In this document: one piece after another, positions 1 to 10,543 of the stretch | Position numbering within the stretch: position 1 is the stretch's first letter | How the letters are laid out: each line of letters opens with the position of its first letter | Assembly: GCA_027023255.1 (NCBI GenBank) | Contig: JALVVU010000070.1 | Coordinates: forward strand, 1-48,463 | Direction of reading: 5' to 3' | Length of the DNA stretch: 48,463 nucleotides | DNA from: Desulfurococcales archaeon | Lineage (GTDB): Archaea; Thermoproteota; Thermoprotei_A; Sulfolobales; NBVN01 | Notes under the pieces: model-generated | Seen by the model: only the letters and a program-made list of their open reading frames with translations | Databases searched by the model: none | Told to the model about the DNA's origin: nothing | Made by a program: the position numbers and the translations under genes

Positions 1-558
1 TGGTTCACGATCTTGCTCAGGCCCCCGACGGTGGAAGGTCTCCAGCTAATCAGCTTGGGTGCGGGGGTTGCGGTGGCTGAGGCTTTAAGGGAGATCCACG
101 GAGTTGAGGCAACGCTTAAGTGGCCCAATGACGTGCTGGTTGACAGCAGGAAGCTCTGCGGGATCCTAGTTGAGGGGAGGATGGAGGCTGATAGGATCCA
201 CTACGTGCTCGTGGGCATAGGCATAAACGTGAATAACGACATCCCCGAAGACTTGAGGGGCTTTGCCGTCTCGCTTAAGGAGTTGCTTAAGGCCTTAGTC
301 CCCAGGGTTCCCTTGCTGGCCGCCGTACTGGTTAAGTTCGCGGGAATCTACGCCCTACTGAGGCAGGGTGAGTGTGAGGAAGTGCTTCTGAGGTGGAAGA
401 GGCTATCATCAACGCTGGGCAAGGATGTTAGGGTCGTCACGCAGGACGAGGTTATTGAGGGGAAAGCCATTGACGTGGATGTTGACGGGTCCTTAGTGGT
501 TGAGGTGCATGGAACCTTAAGGAAGGTTTACGCTGGTGACGTGATCCACCTAAGGTGA
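1..558 (+). CDS. birA: Biotin--protein ligase (5' partial, frame open from window start)
   Basis: KWPND, KLCGILVE and GIGINV motifs; C-terminal SH3-like domain ending AGDVIHLR. Confidence 0.95.
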   Translation, partial: WFTILLRPPTVEGLQLISLGAGVAVAEALREIHGVEATLKWPNDVLVDSRKLCGILVEGRMEADRIHYVLVGIGINVNNDIPEDLRGFAVSLKELLKALVPRVPLLAAVLVKFAGIYALLRQGECEEVLLRWKRLSSTLGKDVRVVTQDEVIEGKAIDVDVDGSLVVEVHGTLRKVYAGDVIHLR

Positions 559-685
559 GCGCACTTTAATCATCAATAATCCTAAGCCTAGATAAGGGCA
601 GGGAATGTTTATGTGGGTTGGTGGTTGGGTTTCTGTCAGGGTTCTGCGGGGCGAATGGAGGCTCCGAGCCCTGTGAGATCTAAGC

Positions 686-1018
686 TTGGATGAGGATCCT
701 GTGCCATTGGGCTCGACCACCACCTATGACTCAGCACCCCGATGGGGGGCTACGGCGCTAGCCGTCAAGACCATAGCCTACGAGAGGGAGGGGAGAAGGT
801 TAGCAAGCCATGGAGAGCTGTGGGAATATGTCGACAGGTTAATCGAGGAGACAGGAGATGAGGAGCTGGGAGACCTGTGGAGAACAGCGACAGCTATGCG
901 CGTGAACTTCTACGAGAACTGGGCACCTCAGAGAGAGGTAAGAAGGTCCTTAAAGAGAGTAGAAGCTTTCCTAGAAAAACTCAGGAAACTAAGACGGAGA
1001 ACACAGACCACTAGATAA
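686..1018 (+). pseudogene. PaREP1-family (HEPN-like) gene, N-terminally truncated
   Basis: WGAxALAVK, SHGELW and NFYE match PaREP1 from about nt 743; the usual N-terminal helix (GDxxQASEK) is absent and the H of HxNFYE is R. Confidence 0.7.
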
Positions 1019-1126
1019 CCCTAGGCTTCCACAGTCCTGTGGGCAATTATTCTTGGGCAACGAGGGTCTCTCATGCAGTGGCTTGGGTGACCGTGGCCCC
1101 TTACCCATTGACTCCTGGCTCAGTGC

Positions 1127-3487
1127 TTATGTGCCCGCAAATCTTATGGTGGCTATGGCCTGACCTAAGGCTATTCCTCCATCACCTGCTGGGGCCTTCG
1201 TTGGGAGGAGTACCTTAGTGGTAGGTGATGCTAACTTCACGGCTTTCTTCAGGCCACGCACTATGAAGTCATTAACCATTGCACCTCCGCCCAAGACGAT
1301 CGTGTCTGACTCGAACTCCTTGAGGGTCTCCGCAGCTACCCTACCTAGGGCTAGGCCTAGGCCTTCCTGGACGGATCTGGCGGCATCACGTGGCGTGACC
1401 TCCTTCCTCACGTGAACTAACTCGTACGTCTTCATCAGTGCGTCAACAACGCTAATCACCCTTACCTCACCCGCCTCCCTCTCGGTGAAGGAGTTAAGTA
1501 TGCGTGGGTCGCTCGCCGCACCCCTAGCGAAGGACTCGAGCTTGATGGCGGGCTCGCCCTCGTAAGTCCTCCTTAAGCAAACACCTAGGAGTGATGAAGC
1601 GGCATCCAAGAATCTCCCCGCGGACGATGACCACACCACGTTGCCTGACTTGATTGAGGAGGCAAGCATCCTTACCTCAACCTCACCCAGTCTCAGCCCG
1701 TTAATCGCTCCTGACGCCCTCAGCACCTTAAGCGCTTCGTCAACCCCGTACTTATGGGCTAGGGCTGTGAAGAGGTACCTAGCTGGGAACTCAACCGTGA
1801 CGTCCCCTCCAACCAGGGGTAGGTACTCGAGGTGTGCTACCCTCTCGTAGCTTAAATCTTCGTGAATAACGAAAACCTCGCCACCCCACACCGCGCTGTC
1901 ATCGCCGTACCCCACACCATCAGCTATGACTGCCACGACGCCCTTACCCAGCAACCCGTGCTCAGCCATCGTGGCTAGTGCGTGGGCGTAGTGGTGCTGA
2001 ACCTCGATTACGTGCCGCGTTCCCCACTCTCGGGCACGGGCTAGTCCCAAGGATCTGGAGGTGTATGATGGGTGCTTGTCAACTACGACCGTGGCGTTCC
2101 GCGTGATGATGCGGTAGTTGCGGATTAGGTAGTCAATAAACTTGACCAGGTCTTGAGCCGTGTCCAGGTCGCTTAGGTCGCCGACGTACTGTGTGAGGAT
2201 CACCTTGTCCTCGAACCCCACGGCCCCCGCACCCTGTAGGTCGGCGCCAAAGGCAATAACGTCCCTAGGTAACTTACGGCGTATCTTAACCCAGGTTGGG
2301 GCGTATCCCCTAGACCTCCTGAGCATGACGGGTGTCCCGTCCGTGAATCTGAGGACTGAGTCATCAACCCTATTCACTATGACCCTATCGTGGTGTAGGA
2401 AGTAGTCGACGAAGCCGGAGAGAACCTTCCTAGCGCATTCCTCGTTAATGCACATGGGTTTCCCGTGGGGGTTGCCGCTCGTCATTATGAGGAACTTATC
2501 CTTGGTTTCCTGTAGGAGTAGGTAGTGAAGGGCTGTGTACGGCAGGAACACACCCTCAACGTCCAGCCCTGGGGAGACGTACTTAGAGACAGGGGTGTTC
2601 TCAGCCTTAGGGAGTAACAGTATCGGTGACTGCGGTGACGTCAGGATCTCCTCAGCCTCCTTACTTAACTTGACGAGCTTACTCAGCACACTCAGGTTAA
2701 GGCCCATGACAGCGAAGGGCTTCGTTGGTCGCCCTTTTCTCCTCCTCAGCTCGAGCACCACGTCATCGTCGCTGGCTAGTGCGGCTATGTGGTAGCCTCC
2801 GAGGCCCTTGACAGCCACTATATTACCTTCATCCACGAGCTTAGCGGCCTCTGAGATTGGGTCCTTAGCACTTATTAGGTTCCCCTCGCGGTCCTCGAGC
2901 CAGAGCCTAGGTCCGCATTTAGGGCAGCTAATGCCTTGCGCGTGGTAACGCCTGATGTTGTTGATGTCCCCGTACTCCTTAAGGCATTCCTCGCAGAGGG
3001 GGAAGTCACGCATTGACGTGTTCTCCCTGTCGTATGGTGTCCTGTACATCATTGAGAATCTGGGGCCGCACCACGCGCAGGAGTTGAAGGCGTACCTGAA
3101 GCGCCTGTCGTTAGGGTTAAGTACTTCGGCTAGGCAGTGGGGGCATATGGCTAGGTCCGGCGGTATCATCGAACGTTTAACGACGGCACTGCCGCTCCTA
3201 AGTATCCGGAAGTCCCGTAACCCCCTAGGCTTGACCGGGGTTATCTCGATGGACTCAATTATGGCTGGGGGCGGTCTCTCCTCGATTAATCCTTTAAGGA
3301 ACCTCGAGACGGAGTCAGCGCTACCCTCCAAGTGAATCTCGACTTCAGAACCACCTACGTTCCTCACGTACCCGGCTACGCCGGTGCTTAGAGCTAACCT
3401 ATGGATGAAAGGGCGGAACCCGACGCCCTGAACTATCCCCTCAACCGTTACGTGAAGCGCTACCCTACCGTCGCTGCTTGCGTTCAT
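1127..3487 (-). CDS. hypF: [NiFe]-hydrogenase maturation carbamoyltransferase
   Basis: Acylphosphatase-like VQGVGFRPF, CxxC zinc fingers, KGLGGYH, QHHYAH, GDGGIALGQ. Confidence 0.97.
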   Translation of the reverse strand: MNASSDGRVALHVTVEGIVQGVGFRPFIHRLALSTGVAGYVRNVGGSEVEIHLEGSADSVSRFLKGLIEERPPPAIIESIEITPVKPRGLRDFRILRSGSAVVKRSMIPPDLAICPHCLAEVLNPNDRRFRYAFNSCAWCGPRFSMMYRTPYDRENTSMRDFPLCEECLKEYGDINNIRRYHAQGISCPKCGPRLWLEDREGNLISAKDPISEAAKLVDEGNIVAVKGLGGYHIAALASDDDVVLELRRRKGRPTKPFAVMGLNLSVLSKLVKLSKEAEEILTSPQSPILLLPKAENTPVSKYVSPGLDVEGVFLPYTALHYLLLQETKDKFLIMTSGNPHGKPMCINEECARKVLSGFVDYFLHHDRVIVNRVDDSVLRFTDGTPVMLRRSRGYAPTWVKIRRKLPRDVIAFGADLQGAGAVGFEDKVILTQYVGDLSDLDTAQDLVKFIDYLIRNYRIITRNATVVVDKHPSYTSRSLGLARAREWGTRHVIEVQHHYAHALATMAEHGLLGKGVVAVIADGVGYGDDSAVWGGEVFVIHEDLSYERVAHLEYLPLVGGDVTVEFPARYLFTALAHKYGVDEALKVLRASGAINGLRLGEVEVRMLASSIKSGNVVWSSSAGRFLDAASSLLGVCLRRTYEGEPAIKLESFARGAASDPRILNSFTEREAGEVRVISVVDALMKTYELVHVRKEVTPRDAARSVQEGLGLALGRVAAETLKEFESDTIVLGGGAMVNDFIVRGLKKAVKLASPTTKVLLPTKAPAGDGGIALGQAIATIRFAGT

Positions 3488-3520
3488 CAGCGTCGTTCCC
3501 TGCTTTAAGGGTTAGCCGAG

Positions 3521-4897
3521 TTATTTGCTTTTCACGTCCCCAAGTACCACAGCTATGACGAGAGAGTTAACATTCGTTCGCGTTGGGCCCGTGACGAGTA
3601 GGGCATTACCTTCCTTTAAGGCGCTGTACGCGTCGTGTCGGCGCAGTACCTCCTCTATATCTACGCCCTTACCCTCAAGGATCTCCGCCGTGTAGCTGTC
3701 TACGAGGCCCCCGGCAGCGTCGGTAGGGCCGTCGGTCCCATCAGTGTCCACCGCAAGCAACGCTGTACCGCGTAATCCCTTAATTTTCCTTGATGCAGAA
3801 AGCGCCAGTTCCTGGTTGGGGCCGCCAAGACCCGGCTCCCCGAGAATGGTTACCGTGGTTTCACCGCCAGCTATTATGGCTACAGGCGCCTTAAACGGCC
3901 TCCCCCTCCTCCAGACCTCCTCAATCACCGAAGCTATCACTAAGCCAGCGTCCTTCGCTTCACCCTCAAGCGTCGTCGTAAGTACGTAAGGCGTTAAGCC
4001 CAGCTTCGCGGCCTCGCGGGCGGCACTCTCGCAGGCTAAGGCACCACTACCAACTATGAAGTTATGGACGTTAGGTAGGTCCTCCTTCAGAGTCTCCTCA
4101 ACCTCCCCCCTCATTCCCTTCTCTAGGTGTTTCCTTACCGCCTCAGGTACCTTGTCGAGTATGTCGTAGACCTTAAGCACTCTGTAGGCGTCCTCGAAGG
4201 TCGTTGGGTCCTTCACCGTGGGTCCCGAGGCGATAGCCTCCAGCGGGTCGCCGACGACGTCGGAGAGTATGAGACCTATGAGGGTGCCCTTAACGCGTTT
4301 CGCGAGCTTCCCTCCCTTAACCTTAGATATATGCTTCCTGACGGCGTTGATCTCGTAGATCTTGGCACCGCTCTTAAGCAGTAACTCGTTTGTCCTTACC
4401 TTGTCATCTAAGCTAATCCCGTCCTCAGGCATGGCGAAGATTGCTGACCCTCCCCCCGATATCAGCACTATTAGGATGTCGTTGGGCCCTACCTTCTCGG
4501 CTATACGCACACCTTCTGCCGCACCCTTAACGGAGTTCTCGTCAGGTATCGGGTGGCCCGCCTCAATCACTTTGAGCTTACGTAGTTTCTCGCCGTACCC
4601 GTACTTGGTGACCGCTACCCCCTCAACTATTAGGTCCCCTAACACGTCTTCAACCGCCCTAGCCATCGGGCATGCCGCCTTACCGAAGGCCACCACGTAA
4701 ACTTTACCCTCAACGCTGAATTCCTTCCCATAAACCCTGAGCTTGCCGTCCTCATAGCTTAACGCCTTCCTCACAGCAACGTAGGGATCCGAGTCCCTTA
4801 GTGCTGCCTCCATAATTTTCAAAGCGAGCTCCTTAGCCTTAATGTCCCCGCTAGCTAGGAGCTCCTTATACCTCTCCTTTAGCGTACCCTCACCCAA
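3521..4897 (-). CDS. Glycerate 2-kinase (class II, MOFRL family); likely TTG start at 4897
   Basis: FGKAA, GHPIPD, LISGGGSA, KVKGG, GGETTV, TDGTDGPTDAAG, TGPTRTNVN. Confidence 0.93.
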   Translation of the reverse strand: MGEGTLKERYKELLASGDIKAKELALKIMEAALRDSDPYVAVRKALSYEDGKLRVYGKEFSVEGKVYVVAFGKAACPMARAVEDVLGDLIVEGVAVTKYGYGEKLRKLKVIEAGHPIPDENSVKGAAEGVRIAEKVGPNDILIVLISGGGSAIFAMPEDGISLDDKVRTNELLLKSGAKIYEINAVRKHISKVKGGKLAKRVKGTLIGLILSDVVGDPLEAIASGPTVKDPTTFEDAYRVLKVYDILDKVPEAVRKHLEKGMRGEVEETLKEDLPNVHNFIVGSGALACESAAREAAKLGLTPYVLTTTLEGEAKDAGLVIASVIEEVWRRGRPFKAPVAIIAGGETTVTILGEPGLGGPNQELALSASRKIKGLRGTALLAVDTDGTDGPTDAAGGLVDSYTAEILEGKGVDIEEVLRRHDAYSALKEGNALLVTGPTRTNVNSLVIAVVLGDVKSK

Positions 4898-5081
4898 CGT
4901 GATGATCCCTAAGCATTGATTGCGGGCACTCAAATAAATGGCTTCTAACTGATTACCGTGCTCACGGGTATCACATCGTGTATATGTCACGCAGTTACTC
5001 CACGCGGTAGTAAAACAACGTTACGTTTTAATTCTTCCATCATGTCATTATGTATGACCGAGTTTATGGGGGGTTGATTCG

Positions 5082-6176
5082 GTGACGAACCCTGTATTCG
5101 GTAATAATGTCTTCAGCAAGGCAGTTGGATTTGATGAGGCCCCTAAGCTCCGGAAGTTCGAAACAACCGACATAGTCCGTAGGCTAGGCGTCATCACGCC
5201 AAGGAAGGTCGTACTCAGGAACTACCCTGTGGAGAACCCCACAGCAGTGTTTAACGCCGCAATCACAGTGAAGGGTGATAAGGCGTTCGTTATCGCGAGG
5301 ATAGTTATGGGGTACTTCCTCTACGTCTCAGCTATAGTTTCCATAGAGATACCTCTGCAGGAGATTTACGACGGCACAGTGTCCCGCAAGAGCTATAAGG
5401 CAAACATAGTTCTCTACCCTTCAACAAAGTACGATATTTGGGGAGCCGAAGACCCTAGGGTATATGAATTCGACGGCAAACTATGCATGACATATACCGG
5501 CAGAACCTCCGATTACTTCAAGCCGGTGGCTTCACGAGAACGCACCCTCCCAATAACCGCCATCCTCAACGGTGAGGGTGAGTGGCGCAGGAAGTACGCA
5601 CACGTCATGCCTGAGTCACTGAGAAAGCACGTCATAAGCGATAAAGACGCGTTCCTAGCCCGCCTCGACAGTGAGGCAATTTTCCTGCACAGACCGCACA
5701 TGGATGATAATTACCAGTACCTCACCGCCAGTAGGGTTAAGGAGGAGGGCTTAGTTCGTGAGGGATTCACCGAGCTTGAAGAGTATGGGACAACGTGGGT
5801 AATGCCTCACGCGTCCTTCGAGCTTAAGTTGGGGTGGTCAGCACCCATAATGAACCTTGGCCCAGATAAGGTGGTAACGCTAGCCCACGGCGTGGATAAT
5901 GACTTAGAGGTCTACCGGGCCCTCGCCATCCTCCTGAAGTACTCAAGAAGTGAAGGCTTCGTCGTGGAGGCGGTGACGCCTACCTACATCATGGAGCCTA
6001 GGAGCCCGTCTGAGCTGTTTGGTGACAGGCCCTATACGATATTCCCGTGCGGTGCGTGGGTTGTTGATAAGGAGAAAGCCCTAGTGACTTACGGCGCCGG
6101 AGACTATATGGTGGGGATAGGGGAGCTGGACATAAACGAGTTGCTGGGCCTACTTGATAAAGGCAGGATCTACTGA
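5082..6176 (+). CDS. GH130-like glycosidase/glycoside phosphorylase (five-bladed propeller)
   Basis: VFNAA, GAEDPRV, KDAFL, LHRP, IFPCG, YGAGD. Confidence 0.85.
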   Translation: MTNPVFGNNVFSKAVGFDEAPKLRKFETTDIVRRLGVITPRKVVLRNYPVENPTAVFNAAITVKGDKAFVIARIVMGYFLYVSAIVSIEIPLQEIYDGTVSRKSYKANIVLYPSTKYDIWGAEDPRVYEFDGKLCMTYTGRTSDYFKPVASRERTLPITAILNGEGEWRRKYAHVMPESLRKHVISDKDAFLARLDSEAIFLHRPHMDDNYQYLTASRVKEEGLVREGFTELEEYGTTWVMPHASFELKLGWSAPIMNLGPDKVVTLAHGVDNDLEVYRALAILLKYSRSEGFVVEAVTPTYIMEPRSPSELFGDRPYTIFPCGAWVVDKEKALVTYGAGDYMVGIGELDINELLGLLDKGRIY

Positions 6177-6189
6177 TCCGTTCCACAAC

Positions 6190-6209
6190 TTTTTCCTTAA
6201 TAGGGAAAA
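6190..6209. terminator. Bidirectional T-tract terminator
   Basis: TTTTT on + and TTTTCCC on - between convergent genes. Confidence 0.45.
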
Positions 6210-6227
6210 GCCCATAGAGCCTGCGGG

Positions 6228-8462
6228 CTAGCCCTTAGGCTCGACAACCACTACTTCATACTCCTTAAGCACGTTAACGTCGATGACTAGCCACTCACCC
6301 TCACCACGTGATTCTAACGTAGCGCCATTCTTGAGGGGTGCGCGCGCCACGAACTTGCTTGGGTCGCCGACACGTACTTTAATTGTGATGTTCGTGACTG
6401 GGATCACTTCCCGTGGGGGATGCACTGCTGCTGAGGTGCTGTAGCCTGGTATTGGTTGCTTTGTCCTCCCTATGCCTATGGCTTGGATTCTCTGGTTGTA
6501 CGTGTGGTTGAGGAGATGCATGATTACCCTATCGCCCTGCCTAAAGTACTCGGTGCTGACGGTTTCCGGCGCCTCCACCTTCACTGGCGCGTCATCCTTG
6601 GCCACGTGTTTCACTGCGTTCATTATTAGGCGTCTATAGGTTGGTAGCCCGATGCGCCAGTAGTGCCTGCCTAACTGCCAAGTATAGTACGCAGACCTCC
6701 CCTTACCGTGAGTGCAGGTCATTATGGCTGGTAACTCGGTGGCTCCCGCGATGGCTGGTGGCGACCTCCCTAGGGTGTATTCGAAGCCCCACTCACTCGC
6801 TGGTAGCGCTACCCGCGCCACTACCTCAGCGTCACTCTTCACTATCGTATGCCACCCCATGTGTGGGGCTACGCGTTCCCTGGTGAAGTCGTAGCTCATG
6901 TCACCCACGAGTATGGGTGCTTGATGCACGCCCTCGAGTAAGGGGTGCTTCTGATTTACTGGCGTGACGTACGTCCACGGTAGCTTAAGAAGCCCCCTGA
7001 ACCTTGTGTTAAGCACGTCAGCTAGACCGAACTCGTATCTTTCCACGCATCTGTCACCGCACGTGCTGGTTAAGTACGTAGCTATTAGACCGCCACCATT
7101 CTTCACGTACTCCTTGAGTGCCTTCAAGGCGTTATCGGGTAGGCACACAGTGTTAGCTAGTATAACCACGGAGTACTTCCTCAGGCGCTCACTCGTTAGG
7201 TCCCTCCCGGCAATGAAGTCCACAGGCACATGCTCATGCTTGAGGGCATAGTAGAACCCCCTAATCTCATCGACGTAGTGCTCCGGCTTATCACGCCCGT
7301 AGTGATCCCTAGTGATGTTCGACACAACTATCGCCGCGTAGGGGAGAGGCTCGGCACCATCTAGGTACTCCTCTATGCGTTTATGTTCCTCGAAAACCTC
7401 CTTAATCGCGTTTAGGGCTGTCCTATCCTGGGCGTAGGAGTTCGAGAATATCAACGCCCATGGTGAACCGCCCGCAATTATCGTTTCCCTTAAGCCCTGC
7501 CTTATGTTTAGGGGTGTTGACGGGACCACAGTCCTGTATAGGTGGAAGTAGTTTCGGGACGCCCATACGGTCTTCCCCTCACCCAGCATTGCCTTGGTTA
7601 GCTTGACCATCTCGGTTATGAAGCCGGGGGGCTGGTGATCAGCCTCACTGCACTCGGCGAAGACCGCGTCCAGGTAGTCCCTGCCCTCCTCCACAACGCG
7701 GTTAGTTCTTCCTGCCCATCCCCCTGGGTGGCTGTTGTACATGAATAACGCGTCCGGTTTCCTTGACTTAACGAGTGAGTGAAGCTCCTTTAACCTCTCC
7801 ACCACGACGCGGTATCTCCAGTCCCAGAGCTCCCTCCATCTACTGTCCCGCCAGTCAGGCTTCTCAGGCATGTCGTATCCGTGCTCCTCCTTAAACCTCC
7901 TTCTGCACCATTCACAATAGCATGAGCGCTCATAGTCAGGCTGGTACCTGAAGGAATCGAGGAATATTCCGTCAACACCTAACTCGAGGGCTTCAAGCAC
8001 CTCCTTTCTTATGAAGTCCCTGAATGGGCTGTTTAAGCACATCTGAGGCCATTCAGGTTCGTACCCCTCCTCGTAGTAGGGTACGTGCTCTAGGAGTATT
8101 GTCTCGCCTCTCGCGTTGACTTGTGCCCAGTTAGCGTGTTTCCTGTAGAGCCACCTGTTGGCTGTGTGGGCCACCATCGCCACGACCTTAACGCCGAGCT
8201 TCTTACCTTCCTCGACCGCGTCCCTAACTATGTCCCCGACCATCTTGCTGTGTTCCGGCCCTACCTCCCCTTCACGGTAGAATATCCGGCCCCACCCATC
8301 GCGGGCGAAGATAACTAACACGTTGGCGCCTAGGTCGTGGGCTAGGCGCGCGAGTTCAGTGCCTGTGAGACCTTCTATGCTTGATCCGTACCTGTCCTCT
8401 ATGTTGAATTGGAGAACCCTCGTTGGTTTCTGGAACCAAGGTCTTGAATCGCCTTGACTCAT
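6228..8462 (-). CDS. Glycoside hydrolase, GHL6/GH42-like TIM barrel plus beta-galactosidase trimerisation domain
   Basis: CLNSPFR, VDGIFLD, CYCxxC, GATase-like VILANT..YVKNGGGLIAT; no signal peptide. Confidence 0.8.
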   Translation of the reverse strand: MSQGDSRPWFQKPTRVLQFNIEDRYGSSIEGLTGTELARLAHDLGANVLVIFARDGWGRIFYREGEVGPEHSKMVGDIVRDAVEEGKKLGVKVVAMVAHTANRWLYRKHANWAQVNARGETILLEHVPYYEEGYEPEWPQMCLNSPFRDFIRKEVLEALELGVDGIFLDSFRYQPDYERSCYCEWCRRRFKEEHGYDMPEKPDWRDSRWRELWDWRYRVVVERLKELHSLVKSRKPDALFMYNSHPGGWAGRTNRVVEEGRDYLDAVFAECSEADHQPPGFITEMVKLTKAMLGEGKTVWASRNYFHLYRTVVPSTPLNIRQGLRETIIAGGSPWALIFSNSYAQDRTALNAIKEVFEEHKRIEEYLDGAEPLPYAAIVVSNITRDHYGRDKPEHYVDEIRGFYYALKHEHVPVDFIAGRDLTSERLRKYSVVILANTVCLPDNALKALKEYVKNGGGLIATYLTSTCGDRCVERYEFGLADVLNTRFRGLLKLPWTYVTPVNQKHPLLEGVHQAPILVGDMSYDFTRERVAPHMGWHTIVKSDAEVVARVALPASEWGFEYTLGRSPPAIAGATELPAIMTCTHGKGRSAYYTWQLGRHYWRIGLPTYRRLIMNAVKHVAKDDAPVKVEAPETVSTEYFRQGDRVIMHLLNHTYNQRIQAIGIGRTKQPIPGYSTSAAVHPPREVIPVTNITIKVRVGDPSKFVARAPLKNGATLESRGEGEWLVIDVNVLKEYEVVVVEPKG

Positions 8463-8595
8463 ATTAAGTCACCTTTTCACGTATTTTCACGTACCCCACA
8501 TAACTTGAGAGGGAATTACATGTAAGATTAAAAGACTGCTTGAGCGTGTTAGGCCTTCCTTCATTAGTTTCCCCCACCGCCTTACCTGACTTGCC

Positions 8596-9705
8596 TTAAA
8601 TTATAGCCTCACCTGAGTCCTTACGGAATACGTGGAGCTTGCTTAGGTCGAACACAACCGTCAGTTTCGAGCCTATCTTGTAGTGGTGACTTCCCGACAC
8701 CTTAATTACTAGGATCTTCTCGCCCACCCTGAGGTGTATTATCGTGTCGGACCCCAGTGCCTCGACGAAGTCTATGTCGCCAGTAATCTCAACGCCCTTG
8801 AGCTTAGGTGGTGCTAGATCCTTCGGGAACATGTGTTCAGGTCTTATGCCGGCTATGACTGTCTTCCCGACGTAGTCCTTCAGCACGCTTACTTGGTCCT
8901 CCATTAGGGGTATGCTGAAGCCCGGTCCCTCGAGGATTAGCTTCCCGTCTTTCTCAGTCACGGTTGCGTCGAAGAAGTTCATCTGGGGGGACCCTACGAA
9001 GCCCCCTACGAAGATGTTAGCGGGCCTCAAGTATATGTCCTCAGGCGTCCCCACCTGCATTATCTTCCCTGCATTCATGACGGCTATCCTGTCACCCATA
9101 GTCATCGCCTCGACTTGGTCGTGCGTCACGTATATCGTGGTGACGCCTATCCTCCGCTGCAGCTTCTTCAACTCACTCCTCATCTTAACCCTGAGTAGTG
9201 CGTCCAGGTTGCTTAGGGGCTCATCCATTAGAAGCACGTCCGGCTCAATCACTATCGCGCGGGCCACCGCCACCCTCTGCCTCTGACCTCCCGAGAGCTG
9301 ATGCGGGTACCTCTCAAGCAGGGTCTCTATCTGAAGGAGCTCGGCAGCCCACTTAACCCTGCGTTGAACCTCATCCTCCGGAACCTTCCTTATCCTCAGC
9401 GGGAAGGCTATGTTATCCTTGACCTTCATGTGCGGCCACACCGCGTAGCTCTGGAAAACCATCGACACGTTCCTGTCCTTAGGTGGTAGGTACGTAACCT
9501 CCCTATCACCGAAGAACACGTGGCCCTCATCAGGCTTCTCAAGCCCGGCCACGATCCTCAGGGTCGTGGTCTTACCGCAACCTGAGGGCCCGAGAAGCAC
9601 GACGAACTCTCCATCCCTTACATCTAGGTCTATGCCTCTGAGGGCCACGGTCTTACCGAACCTCTTGACGAGCCCCACAAGTCTCACGTCCACCACGTCA
9701 GACAC
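8596..9705 (-). CDS. Carbohydrate ABC transporter ATPase (MalK type)
   Basis: GPSGCGKT, LSGGQRQR, DEPLSNLD, YVTHDQ, TOBE domain with GIRPEH. Confidence 0.97.
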   Translation of the reverse strand: MSDVVDVRLVGLVKRFGKTVALRGIDLDVRDGEFVVLLGPSGCGKTTTLRIVAGLEKPDEGHVFFGDREVTYLPPKDRNVSMVFQSYAVWPHMKVKDNIAFPLRIRKVPEDEVQRRVKWAAELLQIETLLERYPHQLSGGQRQRVAVARAIVIEPDVLLMDEPLSNLDALLRVKMRSELKKLQRRIGVTTIYVTHDQVEAMTMGDRIAVMNAGKIMQVGTPEDIYLRPANIFVGGFVGSPQMNFFDATVTEKDGKLILEGPGFSIPLMEDQVSVLKDYVGKTVIAGIRPEHMFPKDLAPPKLKGVEITGDIDFVEALGSDTIIHLRVGEKILVIKVSGSHHYKIGSKLTVVFDLSKLHVFRKDSGEAII

Positions 9706-9706
9706 C

Positions 9707-10543
9707 TCACCTGATCGTAATCCCCCACATGGAGATTAAGTACTTACGCGCTATGAACACGAATATGAGTGCGGGGAGGATCATGATGAATGAGGCTGCG
9801 AACTTAATGAAGTCTGGGGCCGCCATGGCTGAGGTAAGTATGAATGCGGGGAGCGTCCTGTTCGTTAGCGTGAGTACGGCCGCCATGAAGACCTCGTTCC
9901 ATGACATTATGAACGTGAATATCGCCGCTGCGGTCAGCCCAGGTAGTGCTAAGGGTAACGTTATCCTAAGGAATGTTTGCGTCCTGTCGAGACCGAACAC
10001 GAATGCAGCCTCCTCCAGCTCTATCGGTACGCTTACGAATATGCTTGACGTTATCAGTATGACGAAAGGCAACGCCATCGTCGTATGGGCTAGGGCGACG
10101 CCAAGTAACGTGTCATTAAGCCCTAGCCTAATGTAGAGTGTAACTAACGGCACGGCTATAACGAGCATTGGGAACATCCTTAAACCTATTATCAATAATT
10201 TAAGTGAGTCCTTACCCTTAAACGCGAACCTAGCGAATGCGTAGCCAGCTGGCAGCCCTAGAATGAAGCTAAATACTACCGTCATGCACGCCACTATAAC
10301 GCTATTCATGGTTGCTCGTGCCGCACCTAAGTCAAGCAACTCCTTAATATTAGCGAAGGTGTAATGGAGGGGTATGACCTCCTTGGGGCTATAGAAGTCC
10401 TTCGGGGTTGAGAAAGCGTAGAGTGCCGATATTACTATGGGCAGGAGGATCCAAGAACATGCTATTAAAACTATCCCTGCAAATAATATCTTGGAGAGGT
10501 AATACCTTAAGGGAGGCCTCCCCCCAATCTCTGTCCTGCTCAC
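9707..10543 (-). CDS. Carbohydrate ABC permease (MalG type)
   Basis: EAA loop ELEEAAFVFG; about 6 TM segments. Confidence 0.95.
   Translation of the reverse strand: MSRTEIGGRPPLRYYLSKILFAGIVLIACSWILLPIVISALYAFSTPKDFYSPKEVIPLHYTFANIKELLDLGAARATMNSVIVACMTVVFSFILGLPAGYAFARFAFKGKDSLKLLIIGLRMFPMLVIAVPLVTLYIRLGLNDTLLGVALAHTTMALPFVILITSSIFVSVPIELEEAAFVFGLDRTQTFLRITLPLALPGLTAAAIFTFIMSWNEVFMAAVLTLTNRTLPAFILTSAMAAPDFIKFAASFIMILPALIFVFIARKYLISMWGITIR

Noticed and set aside
1591-1649. GTGATGA..CGATGA..CTGA C/D-like pattern
   Set aside because: Antisense within hypF coding sequence and no D' box; probably chance
4899-4952. GTGATGA..TTGA..CTGA of C/D-like length
   Set aside because: No C' box; overlaps the AT-rich promoter of the glycerate kinase gene
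4968-4983. TATCAC-ATC-GTGTAT resembling the Thermococcales TGM operator
   Set aside because: Spacer is 3 nt rather than 5 and the right half-site mismatches
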